Assembly: GCF_006345805.1 (NCBI RefSeq)
Contig: NC_043017.1
Span: 9,796,001-9,860,000 of the forward strand
Source: Octopus sinensis
Taxonomy: Eukaryota
DNA: 64,000 bases
Direction of reading: 5' to 3'
Position numbers and translations under genes: made by a program. This document shows, piece by piece, positions 11,746 through 24,258 of the stretch (position 1 is its first letter; each line of letters opens with the position of its first letter). The notes under the pieces are model-generated. The model was not told where the DNA came from and did no database searches. It saw only the letters and a program-made list of their open reading frames with translations.

Positions 11746-12669
11746 CCATATGTTACATATATATGTGTGTGTGTGTATGTATATATATATATCATCATCA
11801 TCATCATCATCGTTTAAAAGTCCGTTTTCCGTGCTAGCACGGGTTGGACGGTTCGACCGGGGTCTGGGAAGCCAGGAGGCTGCACCAGGCTCCAGTCTGA
11901 TCTGGCAGTGTTTCTACAGCTGGATGCCCTTCCTAACGCCAACCACTCCGTGAGTGTAGTGGGTGCTTTTTACGTGCCACCGGCACAGGTGCCAGATGAT
12001 GCTGGCAAATGGCCACGGTGCTTTTTATGTGCTTTATATATATATATATATATATACACACTTATATATACATATACATATATATATATATAAAACTATG
12101 GCTTAGAAAGATAATATTATTCTGTGTCATTGACAACAGGAAGCCATTTGGTATTTTTTACTAACGAGGAAGTCCTCAGCATATTAAGAAACCTAACTTC
12201 TTTCCTACCTGCCTACCTACCTGGCCTACTTTCTCTCTTTCTCACGTTATCGATTTATTTATTTATTTATCTGTTTATGCACACACATGCGCAAACATAT
12301 ATATATATAATGCACACACACACTCACACATTAATGTGTGTGTGTGTGTGCACCTGCTTATGTATATATGTATATGCCTACCTATTTACCTGTCTACTTA
12401 TTTATCTACCTACCTACACATGCACACACTCACACACACACGTGCGCATTCACATGTACATATAGAATCACACATTCCAAGATCTAAAAATACATTCACA
12501 TGCACACACTCACACGTGTGTATATATAAATATATATACACTCAGTCATGCATATGTTTATTTATTTTAGGCACAGGTACAATAATTTAGAATACATAGT
12601 TATTTATTATTATTCAGAGACAAAACTACAGGTGATTGGAAGCCAGCCATAATAATAAAAAATGGGTAA

Positions 12670-12852
12670 TAGATAGATAAAAGAGATGGTGGGGGTGGAT
12701 AGATAGATATACAGTCAGACAGACAGACAGAGAAAGAGAGAGTGAATAGAAAGATAGATAGATAACTAGATAGATAGACAGACAAACAGATAGATAGATA
12801 GATAGTGAGAGAGAGGGAGAGAGAGAGAGAGAGAGACTGGATGGATAGATAG

Positions 12853-12891
<39 letters not shown>

Positions 12892-13819
12892 CCAGATGGA
12901 CAGATAGATAGCCAGATACATAGATAGACAAATAGATAGATAGACAGACAGACAGAGAAAGAGAGAGACTGAATAGATAGATAGATAAGTGGTGGGGGGC
13001 TCTGAAAGGGGTCTCAGGGAGTAGCGGCCTTGCCTTCCTTTTCCACCACATTTCTTAAAAATCGTGGTAGAGGCCTGGGTCTTGGGACCACTTATGTCTA
13101 AAAACTGTGGTTGGAGTAAGCAAGGACATGCTCCCTGTAGAAAATGCAGCTCCAAAAAAGCCTCATGATAGCAAAGGAGAATGGGCACAAGCCAGCCCAA
13201 ATGTTGGGGTGGGCTGCGCCTGCCTACTTTCCGTTGCTATGGCATTGAGGTAGATCCAGCCACCCCTGTTAATGAGGACAAAACCCCGGATTTAAAACAC
13301 CAGATGATGATGATGATAATGATGATGAGAGATAGTTGGTTAGGCAGATAGATAGATATGTAGACAGACAGACAGACTGACCAATCGATCTAGCCATCTG
13401 TCCATACATCTGTCTATAAACTTGAATAAACTGGGATGCATTTCAGCCAAAACACTGTCCCAGGCCATGTCTACATTTAATAGCTCCACCTCATAGAATC
13501 TGTTAAGTAATTCTTAAATCAAGTTTTGTGGTGTTATGGCCCATTCGTGTTGGGAGTTGCTATCGCTCTGTCTACCTGTCAGCCAATTATCTGTGCATTT
13601 GTGGCTGTTTATAAGTGAAATGTATGATTTATTACCTTGTACTTGTGATTGCAATAATTGAATATATGACTGAATGTCTAAGGGTGTGTGTAGGAGATTT
13701 CACAGTTGTTTGAGAGGGAAGAAAGAGATAGGTAGCTATGGTGGTAGATAGATAGATACATAGAACGATAGACAGACAGATAGCTAGATAGATAGATAGA
13801 TAGATAGAGATATAGGGAA

Positions 13820-13896
<77 letters not shown>

Positions 13897-14219
13897 TAGA
13901 TAGAGATATAGGGAAATAGATAGATAGATAGATAAATAGAGAGAGAGATAGACAGACAGATAGATAGATATGTTTCTTTATTAGACACACAGGGCTGCAC
14001 ACAGACAGGACAAAATTACAAGGTAGAGCTTTTCTTTTGGGGGTAAAAGAAGGGGGTTTGGTTTTCGATCAAAAGGGATCGTAAAGGGAAAGAAAGAGGA
14101 CAAAAAAGGGGGGAATAAATTTTTTTTAAAAAAGGTGGGGAAGGGAAAGGAAAAAAATTGATCAATAGGGATCGTTATCACAGAAATGTCAATATGAAGT
14201 GTAAAGGGGAGGACAGGTG

Positions 14220-14292
<73 letters not shown>

Positions 14293-15185
14293 ATAGATGG
14301 ATAGATAGATAGATTGGCATTGTGTTCTTGAGCAAAACACTTCATCTCACCTTGCTCTATGATCACTTCGACACCTGACTCTTGGTACACTGTGCACCTG
14401 TTCAGACAATGTTGATTTGATGGAGGGAGTGAGCTAATTTGTAGCACAAACATTTAATCACAATAAACAAATCATTTCTTTAGGTTGTTCCTCTCTTGGT
14501 TGGCTGGATGGCTTGCTTGCTTGCTTGTTGTTTGGTTTGTTGAGTTGGTTTTGATGGGGGCCATTATGAATGCATAACAGGGTGTGAGCGATTGAATAAT
14601 AAGGTCAACCTAAATGCTTCTTCTCGGTGTAAATGCCACATTGCTCTACACACAGCAGTTTAGAGGAAAATATATAGCAAAGACAAACAACACAGTGTAC
14701 TTGTAGTATAAATTGAGTGTAATGTTTATCAGCAGAGAGAGAGAGACATTGGTAAGAAAGATAGACAGACCGACAGAAGGAAAGCTTATAGAGAGAGACA
14801 GTTTGGTATTTACATGCACACACACACACACACACACATACACATGCATGCATGCACACAGAAACACATGCATACACACACACAACCACACACACATGCG
14901 CATGCACTCACACATACACACACACACAAATACACACCTGCACACAAACACACACACACATACACAAACAAATACATACATGGACACTCACATAAACACA
15001 CACCTGCACACATGCACACACACACAAATACAAACATGAACATACACACAAACATACACACACACACACAAATACACACATGCACACACACAAACACACA
15101 CACACATGCACACACATACATACACACACACACAAACACACATGCACACACACTGACAAACATACACATACACACACACACATGA
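12670..15185. repeat. Cluster of (GATA)n, (GACA)n, (GA)n and (CA)n microsatellites with interspersed repeats
   Basis: Direct reading; source of many spurious ORFs. Confidence 0.95.
13975..14220 (-). mobile_element. Retroelement 3' end inserted in a (GATA)n array
   Basis: AATAAA followed directly by an (ATCT)n tail on the minus strand, flanked on both sides by GATA arrays; family not identified. Confidence 0.5.
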
Positions 15186-15979
15186 TGCTCATGTGGAGCA
15201 AGCAGACAGCAGCAGAAACTCTGAGAGGAAGAATTCTTTTCAAACAAGTATTTTGGCCCATTAGTTCTTGACATTCTAAGGAAGTCAGGTCCTTCTGTCT
15301 CAGAGCTTCTCAACATGGGCGGGACTGACTCCAAGCCTCCCCCCAATCCAAGGGGGCTTTAGGGTGTGGTGAAGTAACATAGTTAACATGCTAAAGTTTA
15401 CCTATAGTAGTAATTATATTATCTATATATGTATAAAGATGAGAATGTGTGTCTGTCTGTGTGAATCCCTAAAACACGAGAACTACACAGCCGATTTCAT
15501 TCCAGTTTTACACATGCCTTACTTAGGGTCCATGTAGCGTCATGGGCCCAAAAAATTTTCAACTTCTTGCCTAATGCGAGCCCAGAGCAATCTCATATCT
15601 CTTACTCGATTTCAATCTATCTTTCTGTGTGTATGTGTGTGTGTGTGTGTATGTATATATATATATATATATATATATCTTTCACGACCAGTCCATCAGA
15701 TGTAGTTACACATCGCTGGTCACAATGCGTTTGCATTGTTTTAGCCTTCGAATGACACCACCCCGCTGGCTAAGCGAGCAGGCTAACAGAAGAAAGAGTG
15801 GTGAAAGAGTACAGCAGGGATCACCACCTCCTGTTGGAGCATCATGGAGCTTTTAGGTGTTTTCACTCAATAAACATTCACAACGCCCGGTCTGGGAATC
15901 GAAACCGCGATCCTACGACCGCGAGTCCGCTGCCCTAACCACTGGGCCATTGGGCCTCCACACACACACACACACACAC

Positions 15980-16037
<58 letters not shown>

Positions 16038-17382
16038 ATATATATAATACACACACACACATATACATGTATGTATATGTGCATATTCATATCTATTATA
16101 TCTAATATCTTTATATCTTCCTAATGAAATTTGGAACGCAAAATTCAAGCCTAGGGAGAAGGGTAATGTCGTATGTTTCATACAACTTCATGGACCAATA
16201 TTACTGAATGGATCCTTATATTTGGAACTTAGACTCAATGCATATGGGCGGGTATAATGCAGTATGTTTGGTTTGAATTTGAGGTGGCTTAAAGGGGGCA
16301 GACCTCCCCCCCCCCCGGCATGAAAATTCATAAATTTCCTATGTTGATGAAATTTCAACCATAGGCAATTGACACACATCAAGAAGTATCCCCAAACTTT
16401 CTGCTTCTCATGAGGATTCTAAGAACCCTAATGGGAGCCTTAACTCCCAAATTTTTGTAATTTTTTATGATCCAAAACTAGCTCAAAAGTACTGCATGGA
16501 TCTTTATGAAATTTGGAAATTATATTCTATGCATAAGGACAGATGTAATGCAGTATATATTTGAAAGTGGGGGGGGGGGCATAAATGAGGCCATAACCCC
16601 CATGAAAATTCATATATTTTTGCTGTTGATGAAATTTTAGCCATAGATATTAGACACAAATGAAGTAATATTTCTAAAATTTCAACTTCTTAGAAGTTAG
16701 AAAGACCCCTTAATGGGGCTTAACACCCACAATTTAGTAATTTTTCCTAAACCAATGTAGGGTCACCTAAGTATAAAAGATGAGCATTATTTGTAATTCA
16801 ATGGTACAACAGTGTTAGACTTTGCTTTGAGATATACTTAGATTGTAATTTCTGCAATGTGGTGCATAAATTGTCAAGTAAAGGAGAGGCATCTTTGCCT
16901 CCACTGATTCAGTTGCAAGTGTTATTTTGAGTAAAGTCATTTGGTTGCAGACCTCCTTTGAGTCTTTTTATTATCACAGGGTCAGAGATATTATCACTGC
17001 ACTAATATAACAACCATTTAATGATGTTGATTAAAAAATATCTCTAGCATATAAATATAAATAAATTACAGAATATCGGTATGCCTGGTAAACTATAATG
17101 TTTAAGCTGCATGGAGATTGGTTAAAACCATATTCTAAAAATTCAGCTTGTTGAAGCACTCTCAGAGGTACTAAAGCTGTCAAGAACTCAAATGTCAGTT
17201 AAACACATTTGAAATCTGATGATTACTCTAAGTATGAGAGAGCTAATTTAACTTTATGAGCATTACAAAATATGTTTTTTTTTATTTTATGCCATAATAA
17301 AAAACGTGAAAACCAGGCCATGTTTTAACTTCAACTGATATATATATATATAGGCACATACATATATATTAGTGTGTGTATG

Positions 17383-17424
<42 letters not shown>

Positions 17425-17588
17425 CGGGAAGGTTTACGAAAATAAACAAAAGACAAAGGCAGGTGGAGTACAAACAAATGTATTAGTATGGTGCTCAGGA
17501 ATAGAAATAGAACAAGTCTTTTACATTTCGAGCCTACGCCCTTGGACAGAAGACACACAGAAAAAAAAAAGGAGAGAACAAATGCGTG

Positions 17589-17634
<46 letters not shown>

Positions 17635-17719
17635 TTATATATATATGTATATATATATACGTGTATATATATATATATATATATATAGATTTATATATAT
17701 ATATATATATATTATATAT

Positions 17720-17755
<36 letters not shown>

Positions 17756-18802
17756 TTTAAGTGAAACTGAAGCTAAGGTTTGTATCACAACTCAAGCTTC
17801 ACACCACCTCAATCTTCAGAATAAAAGATATATTTGTCATCAGTGATCATCGATCTGCTGGGTGAGAATTGACCTGAAAGGGAGAGAGGAGCTAAAACAA
17901 CAACAACAACAACATCTTTGGTGTGACATTATTATATCTAGCAAACATAACAAGACATCTCCTTTCCTTACTCTTTAACTCAATTAGAAAAAAAAAACTC
18001 TTGCCATTTGGTAAATATCTCCTGATGTAAATAAATATCTCCTTGTCTAGATTAGATTCTCACCTGTCTGATAGCTAAACTGATAATAACATACCTGTCT
18101 ACTGCTGCTGACATTCAAATACAGCATCACAGACATTGTTTGTTTTTATTGCAAGTTGTGGAAGTCAAGGAAACATACAAAACTCCACCACCACTACCAT
18201 GCACACTTCCCATCCCTCCTCCTCCTCTTCTCCAGCTGGATGTCCTACCTAATGCCAACCAGTCCAAGAATGTAATGAGTGCTTTTATGTGCCACTGGCA
18301 CCCATGCCAGGGGCATGACACCAGTATCTACCATGACTACGGATTATTTCAAAACAATGTGAATAAATAAGAATTACATTTGACAGAGTAACCTGGATGC
18401 TAAAAAGGTTAAACTAGGCAGAAACTAAGCCTAAGATGGTGAACTGACTGAGTCAGTAGTGTCGGACTGAATGCCTTGTGGTATTTGTTCTGACTGTCTG
18501 TGCTCCAAGTTCAAATCCCATCAAGGTCTTTCATCCTTTCAGGGGTCAATAACAAAAGTACCAGTCCAGGGCAGTGGATTGGTAGAAGTGTTGCAAGGTC
18601 AGGCAAGATACCATTGTAGTATCTGTTCCATTTAGTTGTGTTCTGATAGCAATCCCTACAGTGACCCTGGGGTCAACATGTAGAAGTTGCATCAGCCCAA
18701 GTTAGTTGCTTTTCTCTTGGATAAACATTGGTGGTGTGAAGAGAGGGGAAACTTGCAAATATGGGCAACTACTTGTTGCTACCCCATCATCATCATTTAA
18801 AG

Positions 18803-19003
18803 CAGTGGTTTTCAACCAGGGTTCCGCCAGTACAGTCCAGGGGTTCCGCAAGAAGTTACAAAAATGCTAAAATCGACAGTAATTTTTAATTCTCCTGTGC
18901 AGATATGTGTGCATAAGGCAATTAAATTATTGCACAGGGGTTCCTCAAGCCAGCGAAATATTTTCTTGGGGTTCCGCTCCAGCAAAAAGGTTGAAAAGCA
19001 CTG
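18803..19003. mobile_element. hAT (Charlie-like) MITE, 201 bp
   Basis: TIR CAGTGGTTTTCAACC / GGTTGAAAAGCACTG; perfect 8-bp TSD ATTTAAAG (18795-18802, 19004-19011). Confidence 0.9.
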
Positions 19004-19808
19004 ATTTAAAGCCTATGTTCCATGCTGGCATGGGTTGGATGGTTTGACAAGAGTTGAATGGACTAGGAGCTGCAACTGGTTGCATTGTGTTTTGGTATGG
19101 TTTCTACAACTGGATGCCCTTCCTAATGCCCATCACTTTACAAAGTACTTTTTATGTGACACCATCATCAGCACTTATTATGTGGTTCCAGTGCTTTTTA
19201 CATGGAACCATCAACAGTGCTTTTTATATAGCATCAACACCAGTGTCCAGTCTGTGGTATGACGTCAGCAGCTAGGGAGCTGACCGGAAGGGACAGCAGT
19301 GACGCGCGCGCAGGTAGGACAGGATTCTGCCTTTTCGAGGCAGGTTGCCGAGCGAGGAAGACGGGGTCAGCACGTTGTTAAGGTTGGGAGAAGCAGCTGC
19401 TATTTCTAGCGTTCGGGTCGGGCTGTGTTGAAGGATCCATTACCGCTGAAGGGTCTCCATCTGAGTGAAGAGAAGGTAGATGCCTATATTTTGAATCTCT
19501 CGCATACACCACACAGCCCTGTACACGCATGGTGGAGACTCTGCATAATTAAGTTTACCACCAAAGAACAGGAATGGTTTGTCACAAAAAAGGATGTTGT
19601 TGTTGTGTTGGCTGATAGAAATGCATAAAGTGAGTTGTTGAGAGTGTTGTTGAAGTGATCAAGAAATTCCACCAGGGACAAACAAGAGAGACATTTAACC
19701 ATAGATTTATTCAAAGAAGGCTAGCAATATACGCATACATAAACTTCGTATTACTTTGTGCATGGAACCTATTTTGGGACTAAAACAGCCCAACAGGTAC
19801 GATATGTT

Positions 19809-20055
19809 CATCATCATCATTGTTCGACCATGGTCGAGACAATGATGGAATTTACCATGCTACGCCAGACTTCACGGTCCATCATGGCATTACGGAGGTC
19901 CTGTTGCTGGATGCCTGTATCCCTGGAGATTACATCAGGGTAGGAGAGTGTGCGCCCTCTGGTATTGCGAGTAGATGGCTTCCAGAGGAGAAGAGTAGAA
20001 ATTACCTCTACGATATGTTAGGGCACAGAATGAGACTTAGATGATGAATCCTGGT
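19809..20055 (-). mobile_element. RTE-like LINE 3' end with (GAT)n tail
   Basis: Minus translation LLLWKPSTRNTRGRTLSYPDVISRDTGIQQQDLRNAMMDREVWRSMV. Confidence 0.75.
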
Positions 20056-20945
20056 TGGAAAACACTCAGGAATTGTTTACGAATTGCTTTTTTTTTTCTT
20101 TTATGCTTCATTTTCATTTCTTGTTGCCTAATAGAGCATTGCTCTTCTTTCATATCTTAGGAAGGATATGTCCTAAGAGGAGTCATAGTAGAGTTTTTTT
20201 AAAGGATGACCTAGCAGCAGTTAACCATCCAATCGTGGCCGTTGCCAGCCTCGTCTGGCACCTGTGCCGGTGGCACGTAAAAAGCACCCACTACACTCAC
20301 GGAGTGGTTGGCGTTAGGAAGGGCATCCAGCCATAGAAACACTGCCAGATCAGACTGGGCCTGGTGCAGCCTTCTGGCTTCCCAGACCCCAGTTGAACCG
20401 TCCAACCCATGCTAGCATGGAAAGCGGACGTTAAACGATGATGATGATGATGATGATGATAAATGCCAACAACTGTAGCCTGTCTGTCTTAACTACTTAC
20501 TTGCAGAAATAAAATTCCCAAGCTTTCAAATATAATATTTCGTATGTACGTTTGTGTACGTAGTGTTAAGTATACATACATACATACATAGGTGCATACA
20601 TACATGCATGCTCACACACCCACACACAAATACCTACCCCTACTATGTCTGTTATTTTTCTGGGGTTTTTTAATATTTTTGAATATTCGCCAAAAGATTT
20701 TTAGAAAAGGGCGCGGTGTGTATCCTGCCAATCTGCCGGCGTCTTCCCAAGTTTGCGTGTATCTGCATTTGTGGTGTGTTTACTCATCATCGAACACCAT
20801 AACATTTACATCCCTCAGCACTACAAACTCCATCACCAAAATTACCATTCTCTTCATCAATCCACATTGTTTTTCCTCTGTCAGTTTGTCTTTCTCTCTT
20901 CACTTCCTACATCGCTCTTGCATAAGCCATCTACAGACCACATAC

Positions 20946-21019
<74 letters not shown>

Positions 21020-21197
21020 ACCTACACGCACACACATATATATTAAATGCATAGATACAAACATATATAAACACGTACACACATGAATAAACACACATAC
21101 ACAACACATAAATAAACACATACACACTTTCGTAGGCAACTCCAACCCACCCAGCTTTAATAATTTTTTTCCCACCCAAAACTACAACATCGGGACA

Positions 21198-21270
21198 ATG
21201 CACGTGCGCGCACTCAGTTATTTGAAGACTGTGTGTTCAAGTATTGTCAACTTCTCCACGTCTCCAGCTG
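21198..21270 (+). CDS. GUK1: GUK1 alternative upstream coding exon: MHVRALSYLKTVCSSIVNFSTSPA(A), putative mitochondrial presequence
   Basis: ATG 21198, 73 nt (phase 1), CTG|gtaagt donor; joins the acceptor at 34475 in frame (G+CA TCC TTC TCC AGT ACT GCA TTG AAG ATG). Confidence 0.7.
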
Positions 21271-21620
21271 GTAAGTTATTTTTCACTCTGTCCATCAAAC
21301 TCGTAGGTTTTTATCGCTCTTATCTCTCAATTTCTCATCTCATTCCTTCTGTTTCTTTTTTTTTTTTTTTATCTTATCACACTTCTTCGTTCTTGTCCTT
21401 CCTTCCTCTTCTACCTTGGCTTAACCTCAGATGCAGAACTTGTACTTAAAAATCCTACGGAAGCTCTACATCATAATTCTTATATATTATACCCCGATTT
21501 CACTCACCACTCTTGACCGTTTCTGCTGTACTACTAATTATTATTTTGTGGCTAAACCATCATATATATATATGTATATATATTCCATCTCTGTCTCACT
21601 CTCTCTCTCTCTTTATATAT

Positions 21621-21652
<32 letters not shown>

Positions 21653-22505
21653 TCCTATATTTATATTTACTTGTATTTATATTCTCTTTTATATATATTC
21701 TAATTATTATACAACATTACTCTTCTATGTACATTCCTTTATGTACACTGATTTGTTCTGCTTTTTCTATTTAACCCTAGTCTCTTATGTGGTGGTTTAA
21801 TAAAGTATGTGATTGAGTATTATCTGGTAATTGATATTTGATTTAGATGTGTTTCTCCATTTTCTTATCTTGTATATATATGTATGTATATATATATGGA
21901 TGTTATATACCTATAAGTATATTTCATGTTTCTGCTTGTGTATATATGGACGTACGTATATATATATATACACTCTGTCTTGACGATATATATAGGTATA
22001 CATATAAATGTACATACACACACGCATACTGACATCGGTATGTATGTAAACAAATCCATGTAAAAATATACATTTTCTATAAGATCTGAGAAAAAAATAT
22101 TAGATAAATAAATAAATAAAATGATATTCTGTTTTTCTTTCAACAAGGAAGGTGAAAACATCCAAATATAAAATGATGTGAAATGCGAGTTTAGAAAGGA
22201 AGGATGTGCCTTCATTTAAATAGTGATTCGTTGCTATTTTAGTGTTCAGTATAAAATTAGAAGTCAGAAGTGAAGCGTTGAGGGTAGAAAGAAGCAAAAG
22301 AGGCACTTGGAAAAAAGAAAAATCCTATATCTGTCCCTAGGAAATAAAAACAAGGATCTTTCTATCTGTGGACTGTAGTGAACAAACTAGGAAGCATTTC
22401 ATTGTTATCTGGACTTCGTTTGTGTCTTAGCTCTGATGATGGTCTTTTGTCTTATCAATGGTTTTTTTGTCTGCATATACATATCTTATTACAATATCTA
22501 AGTAT

Positions 22506-22563
<58 letters not shown>

Positions 22564-22639
22564 TACGATTTGATTATATAGATTATTAGATAGTGATATG
22601 TATATATAATCAACGTAATGATTAGATATTGAAAGATAT

Positions 22640-22941
22640 GTACGTATGTATGTGTGTGTATACATACATACATGCATACATACATACACACACATACATA
22701 CACACATACATACGTACGTACATACATGCATACATACACACATACATACGTACACACATACATACGTACATGCATGCATACATCATACATACATACACAC
22801 ATACACACACACACATACATACATACATACACACATACATACGTACATACATACATACATACATACATACATACATACATACATAGATGCATACATACAC
22901 ACATACATACGTACATACATACATACATACATACATAGATG

Positions 22942-22972
<31 letters not shown>

Positions 22973-23010
22973 GCATACATACATACATACGTACATACAT
23001 ACATGCATAC
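22640..23010. repeat. (TACA)n microsatellite
   Basis: Direct reading. Confidence 0.97.
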
Positions 23011-24037
23011 ATAGGTATTACCAGTCAACTCATTTATTTTACTCAGATGCACATTTATTCGTTTGTTAAACAAAAATATAAGGACATTTCATATTCATCC
23101 ACTGATCGTATTAATAGTTTGTAATACCTATTTTTAGCAATAAACTATTACCAAAAAATATTTATTGGTTTAATTACACCTGATTCTAAAATTTATATAT
23201 TGACATAGGATTGGGGATAGGAATGGGAGCAGAACTAAAACAGAAACTGAACAAGGAACGGGTTAGGACATGAAATAGTGTAATGGGGGAACTGGAAATA
23301 ACTCCAAGGGGCTAAACACAGAGAGGACAGACAAACAGATTAAGTCGATTATATCGACCCCAGTGCGTAACTGGTACTTATGTAATCGACCCTGAAAGGA
23401 CGAAAGGCAAAGTCGACCTCGGCGGAATTTAAACTCAGAACGTAGCGGCAGACGACATACCGCTAAGTATTTCGCCCGGCATGCTAATGATTCTGCTAGC
23501 TCGGGTAATTCAACTGCTCGAAACGTAAAAGACTTTTTCTATTCCTGAGCGTTATACTAATACATCTGTTTGTTTTGTACACCACCTGTCTTCGTCTTTT
23601 GTTTTTTTTTTTCATAAACTCTCCCTATATATATACACACATACATGTAACCATCGTCATTTACCACACATGTTCCATGATGGCATGTATTGGATGGCTT
23701 GACACAGGATCTGAGGGGACCAAGGACTGCATCATGCTTCAGTATTGACTTTGAGGATGGTTTCTATGGCTGGATGAGCTTCCTAAATGCCAACCACTTT
23801 ACAATGTCTACTGGGTGTTTTTCTTGAGCTTCTGTCACATGTGAGATCCCCATGGAGAGGTTTTATGCAAGCAGATGTGGGTTAAGGTATAAGGGCGATG
23901 GATAGAACAGGTTCTTGTCGTAGGTGAGCTTAATGACTACTCATGTGTAAGGAGAGAGCGTGAGAAATGAGTTAGTATCTGTGAAAATATAAATAATGGT
24001 GACGAGGTGTCAGGAGTACCACAAGGTATGAGGTGAG

Positions 24038-24258
24038 CTGGCAGAAACGTTAGCACGCCGGGCGAAATGCGTAGCCGTATTTCGTCTGCCATTACGTTCT
24101 GGGTTCAAATTCCGCCGAGGTCGACTTTGCCTTTCATCCTTTCGGGGTCGTTTAAATAAGTACCAGTTACGCACTGGGGTCGATATAATCGACTTAATCC
24201 GTTTATCTGTCCTTGTTTGTCCTCTCTGTGTTTAGCCCCTTGTGGGTAGTAAAGAAAT
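24038..24258 (+). mobile_element. tRNA-derived SINE family A; other copies at about 906-1125(-), 23305-23505(-), 35125-35358(-), 38097-38327(+), 54652-54875(-), and a cluster at 59240-60560(-)
   Basis: Multi-copy, GTTCAAATTCC B box; 14-bp TSD AGGTATGAGGTGAG (24024-24037, 24259-24272). Confidence 0.9.

Noticed and set aside
12124-17846. Many 60-180 aa ORFs rich in HT/YI/CV/LSIY
   Set aside because: Translations of (CA)n, (TA)n and (GATA)n microsatellites; no splice or homology support
20700-20900. Short minus-strand ORF (MWIDEENGNFGDG...) near a CpG patch
   Set aside because: 26 codons then stop, no recognisable homology or consistent splice partners
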